DNA of 64,000 nucleotides from a candidate division WOR-3 bacterium. GTDB lineage: Bacteria > Hydrothermota > Tepidihabitantia > SM23-42 > JAOAFX01. The notes below the pieces were generated by a model that had not been told where the DNA came from, did not search any database, and saw only the letters and a program-made list of their open reading frames with translations. The translations under genes and the position numbers were made by a program. Below are positions 1 to 10,235 of this stretch, in pieces (position 1 is the stretch's first letter; each line of letters opens with the position of its first letter). Where the stretch lies: the NCBI GenBank assembly GCA_039802205.1, contig JBDRWD010000003.1:11388-75387 (forward strand), given 5' to 3'.

Positions 1-802
1 GGCGGTAGAATTCGAGAATATTCTTTGATTTGAATGAAAATTTTCTTGCCGAGACCCTTTTTAATCCGGGCAGGCTCTTTATCGCATCACCGAAGAGTGA
101 ATTAATCATCTCAACTTCCGCATTTATTGGGTATTTAAACTTAAAGGGCTTCAGTTTATTTATCTTTCTTACTACCCGTCCCGCCTTTAATTCTATTTCT
201 TTTTGAACATCATCCGGATGCCGACATTTTGCACAGAATCTGGAAATACTGGATTTGGTAATGACTGTTTCAACTCCAGTCCCAAAAAATCTTTTAATCT
301 CCTGAATAAGTTTATCATCACCTGAAACCAATCCTAAAGGAACACCATAATGCCCCGCAATCCCGGCATTTATCTCGGATTCTCCAACATACTGCCCATT
401 TATTTTGATGTTATAAATCAGACTTGAAGAATAAGAATGGTCCATCATTCCGTCTTCTGTTCCAACCATTGCATGATAACCGATGAAAAATACTACATCA
501 AAGTTTTCATTAAGTCCTTCCATCATATAGTAGTTTCGGTGAGTCCCCTTTATCAGTTCCACGCCAGGCTCAAGTTCTTCTATCAATAGATTCTCACCCG
601 ATGCATGAGAATCGCAGATGAGGATTTCGCCGATTTCCATTCCGCTCTTTTTTACACCACGAATTGCTGCATTCACTTCTTGGGTTGCGAGCCTGCGGAT
701 GCGTAATAAATCCGGCGAATCCTTTCTCATCTCCTTCCAGGATGTTACACCACTTATTCCTTCTAAATCAAAAGAAATGAAAATATTAAATCTCTTTGCC
801 AT
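1..802 (-). CDS. M55-family D-aminopeptidase (DppA-like), C-terminus cut by window edge
   Basis: Hand translation of the reverse strand from the ATG (complement of 800-802) gives MAKRFNIFISFDLEGISGVTSWKEM...FFIGYHAMVGTEDGMMDHSYSS...GESEINAGIAGHYGVPLGLVSGDD. The frame stays open to position 1. It is absent from the ORF track because it has no stop inside the window. The pattern is typical of peptidase M55. Confidence 0.75.
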   Translation of the reverse strand, partial: MAKRFNIFISFDLEGISGVTSWKEMRKDSPDLLRIRRLATQEVNAAIRGVKKSGMEIGEILICDSHASGENLLIEELEPGVELIKGTHRNYYMMEGLNENFDVVFFIGYHAMVGTEDGMMDHSYSSSLIYNIKINGQYVGESEINAGIAGHYGVPLGLVSGDDKLIQEIKRFFGTGVETVITKSSISRFCAKCRHPDDVQKEIELKAGRVVRKINKLKPFKFKYPINAEVEMINSLFGDAIKSLPGLKRVSARKFSFKSKNILEFYR

Positions 803-915
803 GGGAAATTATACTGTTTTTATGATGAGTGTCAATACAGATATTTATCTTTCCGGTGGATAGATATACAATCCAGAATCCCAGGAAAGGTCGTAATGTT
901 AAACATTCAAAATGT

Positions 916-1160
916 CTGAGTTTTTCTAAATTCGCCAAATTATTATACACGCAAACGTATTAGTGGTAGCCGCACCCTTGAGGGAGCAAAATATCTGGGG
1001 ATTTAGAGATATCTATCTTTACAGGTTATGAGAAAGCCTTGTCCTATGAAAGAAAAAATCGCCGAGACGCTGCCCGTAAGGTTATCATTACAAATTTTGC
1101 CAATAGGTTTCATGGTTTCTAAATAAAACATTCTATAAAAAGTAGTGTGGAGTCAGTCAG
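916..1160. repeat. Degenerate copy of the dispersed hairpin-repeat element (copy A)
   Basis: Shares collinear blocks with 58919-59207: GGTAgCCGCACCCTTgAGGGaGC, GGATTTAgAgAT.TATC, AAAGCCTTGtCCTAtgAAAG and TTACAAATtTTGCC..GGTTTCATgGTT. Its hairpin stems carry mismatches, so it looks like a decayed copy. Confidence 0.6.
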
Positions 1161-1168
1161 AATGTGTA

Positions 1169-1196
1169 TTGACTTAATGAAATTTTGGGATAGAAT
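1169..1196 (+). promoter_or_regulatory. sigma70-type promoter of hutI (leaderless layout)
   Basis: TTGACT (1169-1174), 16-nt spacer, TAGAAT (1191-1196), then 8 nt to the ATG at 1205. No Shine-Dalgarno sequence lies between. Confidence 0.6.
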
Positions 1197-1204
1197 AAGA
1201 TTTA

Positions 1205-2404
1205 ATGGCTATTTTATTAAGTCGGGCAAAACAAGTTCTTACGATGAATGATGGTATTGGTTTAATATCCGACTGTTCGGTACTTATTGAAAATGATATC
1301 ATCAAAAAAGTCGGGCGGTTCAGCGAGTCTAATTTTAAAGGAGAAATAATCGATTGCACTGGTTATGTTTTGACTCCGGGGCTTATTGATGCTCATACCC
1401 ATCTGGTCTTTGCTGGTACCCGGGAAGATGAATTTGCCTTGCGGCTTGAAGGAGTGAAATACGAAACAATTGCCCAAAAAGGTGGGGGTATCTTGAAAAC
1501 CGTAGCGATGACGCGCGCGGCTTCTGAAGACGACCTTTATAAACTTGCGGTAGAGCGAGTCAAAAAAATCATCCGTCATGGCACTACTACGATCGAGATA
1601 AAAAGTGGCTATGGACTGTCTCTGTCGGAAGAATTGAAGATATTGCGGGTAATAAGAAGATTGAAGGAGAACATGCCAATTGATATCGTTCCCACTTACT
1701 TGATCCATGCCATTCCTAAACTTATGAAGCGTCAGGATTATGTTGATATGCAGTGCGCCGAGATGTTACCGGAAGTGGCCCGACGGCAACTCGCTGAATT
1801 CTGTGATATTTTCTGTGATAAGACCGCTTTTACCAAGAGCGAAAGTGAGAAAATACTTAAACGTGCGCGGGAACTTGGTTTTGCCCTTAAGATGCATACC
1901 GATGAATTAGCCAATATTGGTGGCGCGACGCTTGCTGCAAAACTTGGTTGTGTTTCCGCCGAACACCTTATTTATACAACTAAGTCAGGAATAAGGGATT
2001 TAAGAAGGGCTAATGTGATACCAGTGTTGTTACCGGGCACATCCCTTTATCTTCAGAGCAAACAAAAACCACGAATGCACGATTTCATAAAATTGGAACT
2101 GCCCATCGCCTTTGCTACCGACTTTAATCCGGGAACATGTATGATTTATTCCATGCCCAAGATAATTGCCCTCGCCTGTTTAGTCTATCGAGCTCCAATC
2201 GAAGTTGCCCTGATGGGTGCGACGATTAATGGGGCTAGGGCTTTGAAAAGGGATGATAAAATCGGAAAAATAAAACCCAATTTTCAAGCCGACCTGGTGG
2301 TATGGAATGTCAATGACTACCGTAAAATTCCTTATCAATTTGGTGAAGATTTGATTAAAATGGTGATAAAAAGGGGGAAGATAATCCATGAAACAAATAG
2401 TTGA
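1205..2404 (+). CDS. hutI: Imidazolonepropionase
   Basis: 399 aa. Amidohydrolase motifs LTPGLIDAHTHLVFAGTREDEF and GGGILKTV, and an HTDE metal site. The length is typical of HutI. Confidence 0.85.
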   Translation: MAILLSRAKQVLTMNDGIGLISDCSVLIENDIIKKVGRFSESNFKGEIIDCTGYVLTPGLIDAHTHLVFAGTREDEFALRLEGVKYETIAQKGGGILKTVAMTRAASEDDLYKLAVERVKKIIRHGTTTIEIKSGYGLSLSEELKILRVIRRLKENMPIDIVPTYLIHAIPKLMKRQDYVDMQCAEMLPEVARRQLAEFCDIFCDKTAFTKSESEKILKRARELGFALKMHTDELANIGGATLAAKLGCVSAEHLIYTTKSGIRDLRRANVIPVLLPGTSLYLQSKQKPRMHDFIKLELPIAFATDFNPGTCMIYSMPKIIALACLVYRAPIEVALMGATINGARALKRDDKIGKIKPNFQADLVVWNVNDYRKIPYQFGEDLIKMVIKRGKIIHETNS

Positions 2405-3902
2405 GTGCGTTCCTAATTTTAGTGAAGGAAGGGATAAAGCAAAAATTGACGAAATCGTCAAGGTCATTGAAGCAACAGGGGTGCAGATTCTTGATGTGGA
2501 AATGAATCCCGACCACAACCGTGCAGTATTGACATTCATTGGCGAACCGGACCAGGTACTGGAAGCGGCTTTTAATGCTACAAAGAAGGCAGCGGAATTG
2601 ATCGATTTGACGAAACATAAAGGTGAACATCCCCGGATTGGGGCGACTGATGTCATTCCCTTTGTTCCAATAAGCAACATCTCCACCGAAGAGTGTGTTG
2701 AACTTGCTCGCCGCCTTGGCAAAAGGATTGCGGAAGAACTTGATATACCCGTCTATCTTTATGAAGCCGCGGCCACAAGGCCAGATAGGGAAAACCTCGC
2801 CAACATACGAAAAGGAGAATTTGAAGGCTTGAGCAGAGAAATAGAGACCAATCCTGACCGTTATCCTGATTTTGGTAAACCTAAAATTCACCCCACGGCG
2901 GGGGCAACAGTTGTAGGGGCACGATTTCCCTTGATCGCCTACAACATAAATTTGAATACCAGTGATGTGAATATTGCTAAAAATATTGCTAAGGCGATAA
3001 GATTCAGGGATGGAGGATTCCGGTATGCCAAGGCCTTAGGGTTTGAATTGAAAGAAGAAGGGATTGCCCAGGTTTCGATAAATATGACTAATTATCTTGG
3101 TACACCTCTCTACCGCGTGTTTGAGATGGTTAAACTTGAAGCCCAACGCTACGGGGTGACGATTAAAGAATCCGAAATCGTCGGGTTAGTCCCGGAAAAG
3201 GCTTTGATAGATACTGCTGTTTTCTATCTTCAACTGAATCGGTTCAATGAGAATCAAATTCTTGAATACCATCTCCGGGGCATGGTGAAAAAAGAAGAGA
3301 GCTTGAACGATTTTTTAAATCAACTTTCGGATGCTACCCCTGCTCCGGGGGGCGGGAGTGTTGCGGCACTCCAGGGAGCACTGGGTGCGGCTCTCCTGTC
3401 GATGGTCACGGGTCTTACGGTGAAGAAAAACAATGATCAAGAACTGAAGGATTTTCATGGTTTGCTGCGCATGGCTGTTCGTGAGTTTTATAAGGCTATT
3501 GATGAGGACAAAAATGCATTTGAGTCAGTGATGCAGGCATACCGTCTCCCTAAGGAGACCGAAGAGGAAAAGAACCAGCGTACCCAGGCAATTCAGGAAG
3601 CCTTGAAAAGGGCTACCGATGTTCCTCTTGGTGTTTCGCAACGGATAGTCAGTCTTTATCCTTACGCCCGGATTTTATTGAAAAAAGGCCTAAAAACGGC
3701 AATCTCTGATGTTGGAGTGGCAATTTATACCCTTCATAGCGGTTTTTTAAGCGCCCGGGCTAATGTATTGATTAATCTTCCCTCGATAAACGACTCAGAG
3801 TTTGTGGCAAAAACAAAAAATCAGATTGAAAAGCTGAGAGAAGAAGAGATAAACATCTATCAGGAATTAGAAAGGGAGTTCGCTTCCACACAATTATTTT
3901 AG
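2388..3902 (+). CDS. Bifunctional glutamate formimidoyltransferase / formimidoyl-THF cyclodeaminase (fused FTCD-like)
   Basis: 504 aa. The N-terminus MKQIVECVPNFSEGRD is the formiminotransferase signature. The C-terminal part (ATPAPGGGSVAALQGALGAALLSMV) is a cyclodeaminase domain. It overlaps the hutI stop by 17 nt. Confidence 0.8.
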   Translation: MKQIVECVPNFSEGRDKAKIDEIVKVIEATGVQILDVEMNPDHNRAVLTFIGEPDQVLEAAFNATKKAAELIDLTKHKGEHPRIGATDVIPFVPISNISTEECVELARRLGKRIAEELDIPVYLYEAAATRPDRENLANIRKGEFEGLSREIETNPDRYPDFGKPKIHPTAGATVVGARFPLIAYNINLNTSDVNIAKNIAKAIRFRDGGFRYAKALGFELKEEGIAQVSINMTNYLGTPLYRVFEMVKLEAQRYGVTIKESEIVGLVPEKALIDTAVFYLQLNRFNENQILEYHLRGMVKKEESLNDFLNQLSDATPAPGGGSVAALQGALGAALLSMVTGLTVKKNNDQELKDFHGLLRMAVREFYKAIDEDKNAFESVMQAYRLPKETEEEKNQRTQAIQEALKRATDVPLGVSQRIVSLYPYARILLKKGLKTAISDVGVAIYTLHSGFLSARANVLINLPSINDSEFVAKTKNQIEKLREEEINIYQELEREFASTQLF

Positions 3903-3904
3903 TA

Positions 3905-3932
3905 TTGACAAATTTATAAAATCAATTATAAT
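3905..3932 (+). promoter_or_regulatory. sigma70-type promoter of the TPR/ExeA-like operon
   Basis: TTGACA (3905-3910), 16 nt, TATAAT (3927-3932). An 18-nt leader containing AAGGTAGG precedes the ATG at 3951. Confidence 0.6.
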
Positions 3933-3950
3933 TTGCAAGGTAGGTTGATA

Positions 3951-5852
3951 ATGGATACAGAAACTATTGCAAGAAGTCGGCAATATATCAACGAAGGGAA
4001 GTATGAAAAGGCGCAGATTATTCTGAGACGAGCCCTGGAAGAAACACCTAACCGCGCTCCGGTTCTTGAACTATGCGGTGATCTTGCGGTAAAACTCGGA
4101 AGAGTGAGCGAAGGTATCACTCGTTACGAACATGCGGTAGAGAATTATACCCATGAAGGGCGATATCCTGAGGCGATAATCTGTCTGGAAAAAATATTGA
4201 TGCTTGATGAGATGAATGAAAACGCTTTATTCAAACTGGTAGATCTTTATCATTTCTATGGGCTTCCAAATGAAGCGATTAAAAAGCTCATCAATTTTGC
4301 CTCTCGTGCTTTGGAAAAGAAGAATGAGACATTATTCATTTCGGCACTCCGTAAAATCGTGGAACTGCAGCCGAAGAATCTGCCCCTTAGGTTATCGTTT
4401 GCCAAGTTGCTTTTTTCCGTGAATAGAATTCGGGAGGCTGAAGACGAATTGATTAAATTGAAGGGGATGGCGACGGAGATAAACGACGAAAACATGCTCA
4501 ATGAAATCAGAAAATTATTACCCCAGACTGATGGAGGGGAGGAGTTGGATCCGAAAAGCCGCATTGAACTGGGAAATTTGCTTTATGAAATAGGTTCCCG
4601 GGATGAAGCGATTATCGAATTTAAAAGAGCCGCCGATGATTTAACACGGGAAGGGAAATATGAGGAAGCCATAAAAGTATTAAATCGCATATTGGAGATC
4701 GATCCCAATAATTCTGAGGCATTGCAAAAATTAAAAGAATTGAAACCAGCCGCTGGGGTAAAGGAAGAAAAGGTTGAAATTGCGAGGGAGGAAGAGAAAA
4801 AAGAAGAGGCAATAACCCTTGAGATAACCCCTGAAGAATTAAAGACCGAAATTCCTGCAACTCCGAAGGTTGAAGAATCAGTAACCGAAATCCAGAGCGA
4901 CCTTGAGATATTAGCCGACTTGAGTAAAGAAATTGAGGGATTTACTCCGATCACCGAGGAAATGCAACCCTCTAAAGAAGTGATTTCAGAACCGATCACA
5001 GAGGCTAAGGCACCGGAAGAACCAGCCGCAGAAACAAAATCCGTAGAGGTACCTCCCTTGGAAGGGCAGATAGCCGACATTGATTTTTTACTTAAAGAAT
5101 CAGAAGTTGTCCCCCCGACTCCACGCAATTTTGAAGTTGCCAAGCAGTTTGACGAATTCCGAACCAGCATTACTTGGGAGATTGATGATACTAACAAAAA
5201 GATGAATTTAGCAAGGATGGCATTAGATTCAGGCTTATACGAGATTGCCCTTTCCTATTTGGAAGAGGAGAAGGAGCGTAAGGAATTCTGGCCTGGTTCG
5301 GTGGAAATATTGGGGCAGGCACTAATAAAATTGGGACGCTACAGCGAAGCGATAAAATTAATCGGACCCATAATCCTGCTTGAGGAAATACCCGAGGATA
5401 AGAAGCTGGAATTGCGGTATTTACTAGCATCGGGATATGAAGGACTGGGCGATTTTGAGAATGCACTTCGGGAAATTGAACGGATTATTGCAATCAACCC
5501 TGATTATCGGGACGTCAAAGAGATATATACCCTGCTCGGTGGTAAGATGGAAATTCCTGTACCAGAGGCGATTGCACCAAAGACAATTTCTGAAGAATTC
5601 GGTCCTGAACCTGTTTCAGGAATTGAAGAGACCTATCCGCCGGAAAAGGTGAAGGAACCGGAACCGGTGGTTGAAGAATACTCTTCCACGGAGCCAATGA
5701 TGGGAACATTTCCGGAAAGGATTGAAGAGAGGCCTAAGGAAATTATTGTAGAAGAACCATTTATGGAAGAAAAAATCGCCTTCAAAGAAGAATATCCCGA
5801 AGAGAGAAGGATGGAGGTGGATGAAAAAGGCGAAAATATTGCTTTTCTATAA
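3951..5852 (+). CDS. TPR-repeat protein with a central Glu/Pro/Lys-rich linker (paralog 1)
   Basis: The track ORF 3933-5852 starts at a TTG that lies inside or at the promoter. The ATG at 3951 has an SD-like AAGGTAGG upstream. TPR-like helical repeats sit at both ends, separated by an acidic low-complexity linker of about 170 aa. The protein ends ...KGENIAFL. Confidence 0.7.
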   Translation: MDTETIARSRQYINEGKYEKAQIILRRALEETPNRAPVLELCGDLAVKLGRVSEGITRYEHAVENYTHEGRYPEAIICLEKILMLDEMNENALFKLVDLYHFYGLPNEAIKKLINFASRALEKKNETLFISALRKIVELQPKNLPLRLSFAKLLFSVNRIREAEDELIKLKGMATEINDENMLNEIRKLLPQTDGGEELDPKSRIELGNLLYEIGSRDEAIIEFKRAADDLTREGKYEEAIKVLNRILEIDPNNSEALQKLKELKPAAGVKEEKVEIAREEEKKEEAITLEITPEELKTEIPATPKVEESVTEIQSDLEILADLSKEIEGFTPITEEMQPSKEVISEPITEAKAPEEPAAETKSVEVPPLEGQIADIDFLLKESEVVPPTPRNFEVAKQFDEFRTSITWEIDDTNKKMNLARMALDSGLYEIALSYLEEEKERKEFWPGSVEILGQALIKLGRYSEAIKLIGPIILLEEIPEDKKLELRYLLASGYEGLGDFENALREIERIIAINPDYRDVKEIYTLLGGKMEIPVPEAIAPKTISEEFGPEPVSGIEETYPPEKVKEPEPVVEEYSSTEPMMGTFPERIEERPKEIIVEEPFMEEKIAFKEEYPEERRMEVDEKGENIAFL

Positions 5853-5865
5853 ACCAGGAGGCTAA

Positions 5866-6687
5866 GTGGGTTATCAAGAATTTTATCAACTAAAGTTTGA
5901 GCCGTTTGCAAATCTTCCCGACCCGAAATTTTATTTTAATTCACCACAACATGCACTCGCTAAGGAGTATCTGATGCATGCGGCACGGGGCACGAGAGGA
6001 TTGGCGATATTGTTGGGTGACATTGGCACGGGTAAGACAATGTTGGTGCGTAAATTATTAACCGAACTTCAAACCACTGGAAAATTTCAGGTGGGAATGA
6101 TCGTTTTGACTCACTCCGATTTTCCCACCAATTGGCTTTTTTCAAAGATTGCCAATCTTATCGGATTGAGTGATTTAGGAACAACAACTACCGAAATAAT
6201 CTCGCGCATATCAAACCGCTTACGAGAGATATACCGACGGAATGAAAGAACTGTTATAATCATTGATGAGGCAAATAAGTTAAAAAGTCCGGATATTCTT
6301 GAAGAAATCCGGGGTTTATTGAATTTAGAAATTGCCGACACCAGACTGATCTCATTTATTCTAAGTGGTTTACCAGAACTGGAATCATTTTTGATGATGA
6401 ACCGGGCACTTTATCAACGGATCGCCGTGAAGGTAAAATTAAAACCCATGGGCAGCGAGACGATTCGGGCCTACATTGCCCATCGCCTGAAAATTGCCGG
6501 TGCCCAACGTCCGATTTTCACCCCAATGGCGCAGGAGATCATCTGTAGATATTCTGAAGGTAGACCGCGCCTCGTCAATATTATCTGTGATAATGCCCTG
6601 CTGGAGGGATATGTCCAGCGAAAGCAGACGATTGACGAGGCCGTTGTTGAACGAGTGATAAGCAATTTAGGTTTGAGATTTGAATAA
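5866..6687 (+). CDS. ExeA/GspA-like AAA+ ATPase (AAA_22 type), paralog 1
   Basis: 273 aa, GTG start after AGGAGG. N-terminal FY.L...PF....DPKFYFNSPQHALA, Walker A GDIGTGKT, Walker B IIIDEAN and the C-terminal motif ICDNALLEG are as expected for the ExeA family. Confidence 0.75.
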   Translation: MGYQEFYQLKFEPFANLPDPKFYFNSPQHALAKEYLMHAARGTRGLAILLGDIGTGKTMLVRKLLTELQTTGKFQVGMIVLTHSDFPTNWLFSKIANLIGLSDLGTTTTEIISRISNRLREIYRRNERTVIIIDEANKLKSPDILEEIRGLLNLEIADTRLISFILSGLPELESFLMMNRALYQRIAVKVKLKPMGSETIRAYIAHRLKIAGAQRPIFTPMAQEIICRYSEGRPRLVNIICDNALLEGYVQRKQTIDEAVVERVISNLGLRFE

Positions 6688-8558
6688 TGGGTGATGTTGG
6701 TGCTATTAAAAGATATGTTGCCGAATTACAGGCAAAAGGCGAAATAAATAAAGCCATTGCCGAACTGGAAAAGGCAATAAAAGAATTTCCTAAAGAGGGT
6801 TCTTTATTCAATATCTTAGGTGATTTGTATATCAAAGTCAACCGCCAGAAAGAAGCCTTAGATATCTACGAACAGGGTGCTTTTGCTCTTGCGGAGGAGA
6901 CCTTCTATTCAAATGCCGTATCAATGTGTAAAAAGATCCTCCGGTTGGATAAGGAAAGGACAGAGATTTATAAACTCCTCGGTGATTGCCATAAAGAACT
7001 CGGACTTTATGTGGAAGCCGCAAATTATTATCTGGAATATGCGGATCGGAAGTTGAAGAATAACGAAATTGACGCGGCACTTAAGACTTATGAGGCGATA
7101 AAAGAACTTGTTCCCAACAATTATAAGATCATACAGACCATCTCCGCCATTTATGAGAAGATCGGCCGGAAAGAACAGAGTGCCGATTTATTGAAAGAAG
7201 CCGAGCAGATTCAGCTAAAACAAAGAGAGTTGAAGGAACCGACGACGCCTTCGGCTGCTCCGGTGACGGTTGAAGAACCAAAAGTGGAAATACCCGAACC
7301 TTTAGCTGTGGAAACCGTTAGGCCGGTGAAGACCGAACCTATGGAGCCTGTAAGTACTCCAAAAGTTGAAGAAGAAAAAGAAACTGTTGAATCAATAAAG
7401 GTACCTGAAATATCTCCGACGGAACCGGAGAAAGCAGAAGTTGAAGAAGTCAAACCGGCAGAAAAGGAAGAGATTTCTCTCGAGGATTTTGTCTCGCCTG
7501 AGGTGGCACAATTGTTGAAAGATGAAGTTGAGACGAAACCACCACCGGTAGAAGTTGTGGAAGAAGTTCCTGCAGAGCCGGAAGAGCTTTCTGAGATTGA
7601 AAAGACAAAACAACTTGCGGAAATATATCTCAATTTAGGTGAGGATGAAGAAGCAATAAATTGTTTCCGGGACGCGGCTGCCATGGCATTTAAAGAGAAG
7701 AAATATGATCAGGCTATGGATTTATACAAAAGGGTTGCTGACCTGAGACCTCTGGATTTGAAGTCGCGACAGCGGTTGATCGAAATTGCCAAGTTGCAGG
7801 GTGATAAAGCACTCCAAGTGAATTTTATGATTGAACTTGCAGAGACTCTTTATAGGCGCGAGGCTCGAACCGAGGCGCAATCCGTTCTGCGCAAAATATT
7901 AGAGATAGACCCTCAACATGCACTCGCACAAAGTATGCTTGAAGAAGAAACAAGCGCAAAAGAATATATTGACTTGGGGCAGGTGTTAAAGAGTGAAATT
8001 GAGGGGGAAGGGGCTTCTTCTACACTCCAGAATATTCATGATTTGATTTCGCAGTTCCGCAAAGAGGTATTTGAGTCGATCGGAGAAGGTGATTATCGTT
8101 CTCATTATGACTTGGGTGTGGCCTACAAGGGCATGGGACTATATCAGGAGGCAATAGAAGAATTTGAGATTGCTGCTCGGGATGAGAATTTGAAATTGAA
8201 GTCTTATGAGATGATCGCAGCATGTCTCATTGAAAAAGGGAATGTGGAGGAGGCGATAAAGGTATTGAATGAAGGACTCGCGATCCCCAATCGGCCGGTT
8301 CGGGAGTATTTTGGTCTTCATTTCCTTTTAGGAAATGCCTATGAGATGCAAAACAATTTAAAGATGGCAATCAAATCTTATGTAAACGCGGCAAATATTG
8401 ATAAAACAGTGCCCGATTTGTTGAAAAAGATAAATGAATTAAAGGACAAGCTTACCGAGGAATTAAAAAAGCGGGCACAAGCAACTCCGCCGCCAACTTC
8501 GGCACCCCCGAGCGAGGAAACTATTAAACCAAAGAAATCAAAGGTTACTTATCTCTAA
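6687..8558 (+). CDS. TPR-repeat protein with a central Glu/Pro/Lys-rich linker (paralog 2)
   Basis: 623 aa. Its ATG overlaps the previous stop (TAATG). The architecture matches 3951-5852. The protein ends ...KKSKVTYL. Confidence 0.7.
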   Translation: MGDVGAIKRYVAELQAKGEINKAIAELEKAIKEFPKEGSLFNILGDLYIKVNRQKEALDIYEQGAFALAEETFYSNAVSMCKKILRLDKERTEIYKLLGDCHKELGLYVEAANYYLEYADRKLKNNEIDAALKTYEAIKELVPNNYKIIQTISAIYEKIGRKEQSADLLKEAEQIQLKQRELKEPTTPSAAPVTVEEPKVEIPEPLAVETVRPVKTEPMEPVSTPKVEEEKETVESIKVPEISPTEPEKAEVEEVKPAEKEEISLEDFVSPEVAQLLKDEVETKPPPVEVVEEVPAEPEELSEIEKTKQLAEIYLNLGEDEEAINCFRDAAAMAFKEKKYDQAMDLYKRVADLRPLDLKSRQRLIEIAKLQGDKALQVNFMIELAETLYRREARTEAQSVLRKILEIDPQHALAQSMLEEETSAKEYIDLGQVLKSEIEGEGASSTLQNIHDLISQFRKEVFESIGEGDYRSHYDLGVAYKGMGLYQEAIEEFEIAARDENLKLKSYEMIAACLIEKGNVEEAIKVLNEGLAIPNRPVREYFGLHFLLGNAYEMQNNLKMAIKSYVNAANIDKTVPDLLKKINELKDKLTEELKKRAQATPPPTSAPPSEETIKPKKSKVTYL

Positions 8559-8571
8559 AAAGGAGTAGAGA

Positions 8572-9384
8572 TTGGGATACGAAAGTTTTTATAAATTAAA
8601 AGAACACCCCTTCAGTTTTACCACTGATGAAAAATTCTATTATAATTCACCACAGCATGCCAAGGCATTGGCAAAACTTACCCATGCGGTGGAGACGGAG
8701 AAAGGATTGGCTTTGTTGATCGGCGACATCGGAACCGGGAAGACGACGCTTTCCCGCCGATTGCTGGACCAGTTGATCAGCAATAATGTGGAAGCCACGC
8801 TGCTGGTTATTATCCACTCTGAAATAACTTCACTATGGTTTCTTAAAAAAATCGCTCTGATGCTTGAAACACCGGTGGAATCCGACAATAAGATTGAAAT
8901 CATTACCGCCGTCTATCATCGGTTGCTTGATCTGGCGAGCAAGAATAAAAAAGTTGTCATTCTAATTGACGAAGCAAATATGCTCCAGCGCAAGGATTTG
9001 ATGGAAGAAATACGGGGTTTATTAAATCTTGAATCCGAACATGGCAAACTTTTGAATTTTATTCTTTTTGGTCTACCGGAGATGGAAGATTATCTGAAGC
9101 TCGATCCACCCCTTTACCAGCGTGTTGCCGTTCGTTGCGTTCTGGAGGCATTGGATCAGGAGACGACCCATAATTATATTGTCCACCGGCTTCGGGTGGC
9201 GGGTTGTGCACGTCCGCTTTTCACGGGTGGGGCAATGAAGGCGATTTATCAATATTCAAAAGGTGTCCCCCGGACGATAAATGCGATCTGTGACAATGCT
9301 TTGCTTGAAGGTTTCCTTTTGAAAAAAGAAATCGTTGATGAAAAAATCATTCTGGATGTTTGTCGCGATCTCGGGCTAACTTAG
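8572..9384 (+). CDS. ExeA/GspA-like AAA+ ATPase, paralog 2
   Basis: 270 aa, TTG start after AAGGAG. It has MGYESFYKLKEHPF...KFYYNSPQHAKAL, GDIGTGKT, ILIDEAN and ICDNALLEG. By eye it is roughly 45 percent identical to 5866-6687. Confidence 0.75.
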   Translation: MGYESFYKLKEHPFSFTTDEKFYYNSPQHAKALAKLTHAVETEKGLALLIGDIGTGKTTLSRRLLDQLISNNVEATLLVIIHSEITSLWFLKKIALMLETPVESDNKIEIITAVYHRLLDLASKNKKVVILIDEANMLQRKDLMEEIRGLLNLESEHGKLLNFILFGLPEMEDYLKLDPPLYQRVAVRCVLEALDQETTHNYIVHRLRVAGCARPLFTGGAMKAIYQYSKGVPRTINAICDNALLEGFLLKKEIVDEKIILDVCRDLGLT

Positions 9385-10220
9385 GAACCAATCATTTGAC
9401 ACCCTTTTCTGCCGATCTTCATATCCACACTACCTGTTCTGATGGTGTATATACTCCAGAGGAAGTTGTTGATATTGCACTCAAATCACAAATTTCGACA
9501 ATTGCCATTGCGGACCACGACTCGATTGCCGGTATTGATCGGGCAATCAAATACGCTCAAAACCGCCTGGAGATTATTCCTGCTGTGGAATTAAGCTCCA
9601 ATATTGGAAAATTGGATATCCACCTTCTTGGCTATTACATTGATTACCATTCATCAGCTCTGATTGATTATCTGGAAGATTTTCGAATCTACCGGGTGGA
9701 ACGGGCAAAAAAAATTGTTGAAAAATTAAATCGCTCTGGCATAAGGCTTGATTTTGAATTTGTTAAATTGATTGCAAAAGATAGTGTGATAGGTAGGCCC
9801 CATATTGCGGAAGCACTGGTTAAGACGGGCTATGCCCGTTCAGTAAGCGAGGCATTCGCGCGATATCTTGGCTACCACTGTAGTTTCTATGAACCTAAAA
9901 AAGAGATAAGCCCTAAAAAGGCGATTGAAAAAATAAAAAATTGCGGAGGTATCCCTGTGATTGCACATCCCGGGATGATAGGTAAAGATAATGGTGTGGT
10001 TTATAAATTGATTGATGATGGGGCATGGGGTATTGAAGTGTGGCATCCTGAGCATACCAGGAAACAGGAGGATGATTTCTATGAAATTGCAGTAAAACAT
10101 GGATTATTGATGACCGGTGGTTCCGATTTCCATGGTTATCCACGGGGCTATTGTAGGATTGGTGAATATGGTTGCAATGAGATACATGTCGCTTGTTTGA
10201 AGGAAAAAAACAAAAGATAA
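9360..10220 (+). CDS. PHP-domain phosphoesterase (TrpH/YciV-like)
   Basis: DLHIHTTCSDGVYTPEE...IAIADHDSIAGI...HPG...GGSDFHG metal-binding pattern. The start is uncertain. The TTG at 9360 overlaps the upstream gene, and an in-frame TTG at 9396 (giving MTPFSADLHIHT) is equally plausible. Confidence 0.7.
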   Translation: MSRSRANLGTNHLTPFSADLHIHTTCSDGVYTPEEVVDIALKSQISTIAIADHDSIAGIDRAIKYAQNRLEIIPAVELSSNIGKLDIHLLGYYIDYHSSALIDYLEDFRIYRVERAKKIVEKLNRSGIRLDFEFVKLIAKDSVIGRPHIAEALVKTGYARSVSEAFARYLGYHCSFYEPKKEISPKKAIEKIKNCGGIPVIAHPGMIGKDNGVVYKLIDDGAWGIEVWHPEHTRKQEDDFYEIAVKHGLLMTGGSDFHGYPRGYCRIGEYGCNEIHVACLKEKNKR

Positions 10221-10235
10221 GAAGGAGTAGAATAT

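Noticed and set aside
618-863. 81-aa plus-strand ORF at the window start
   Set aside because: Antisense to the well-supported M55 peptidase gene (1-802).
4583-5197. 204-aa reverse-strand ORF (Ser/Gly-rich). A similar 157-aa ORF lies at 7211-7684.
   Set aside because: Both lie exactly antisense to the GAA/GAG/CCN-rich acidic linkers of the TPR genes. Their low-complexity Ser/Phe/Gly composition is the mirror image of that coding bias, and they have no promoter or RBS.
5866-9384. AAA_22 ATPases as TniB/TnsC-like transposition proteins
   Set aside because: No transposase, resolvase or element ends are nearby. The N-terminal FY.L...PF / NSPQHA motif points to the ExeA/GspA branch.
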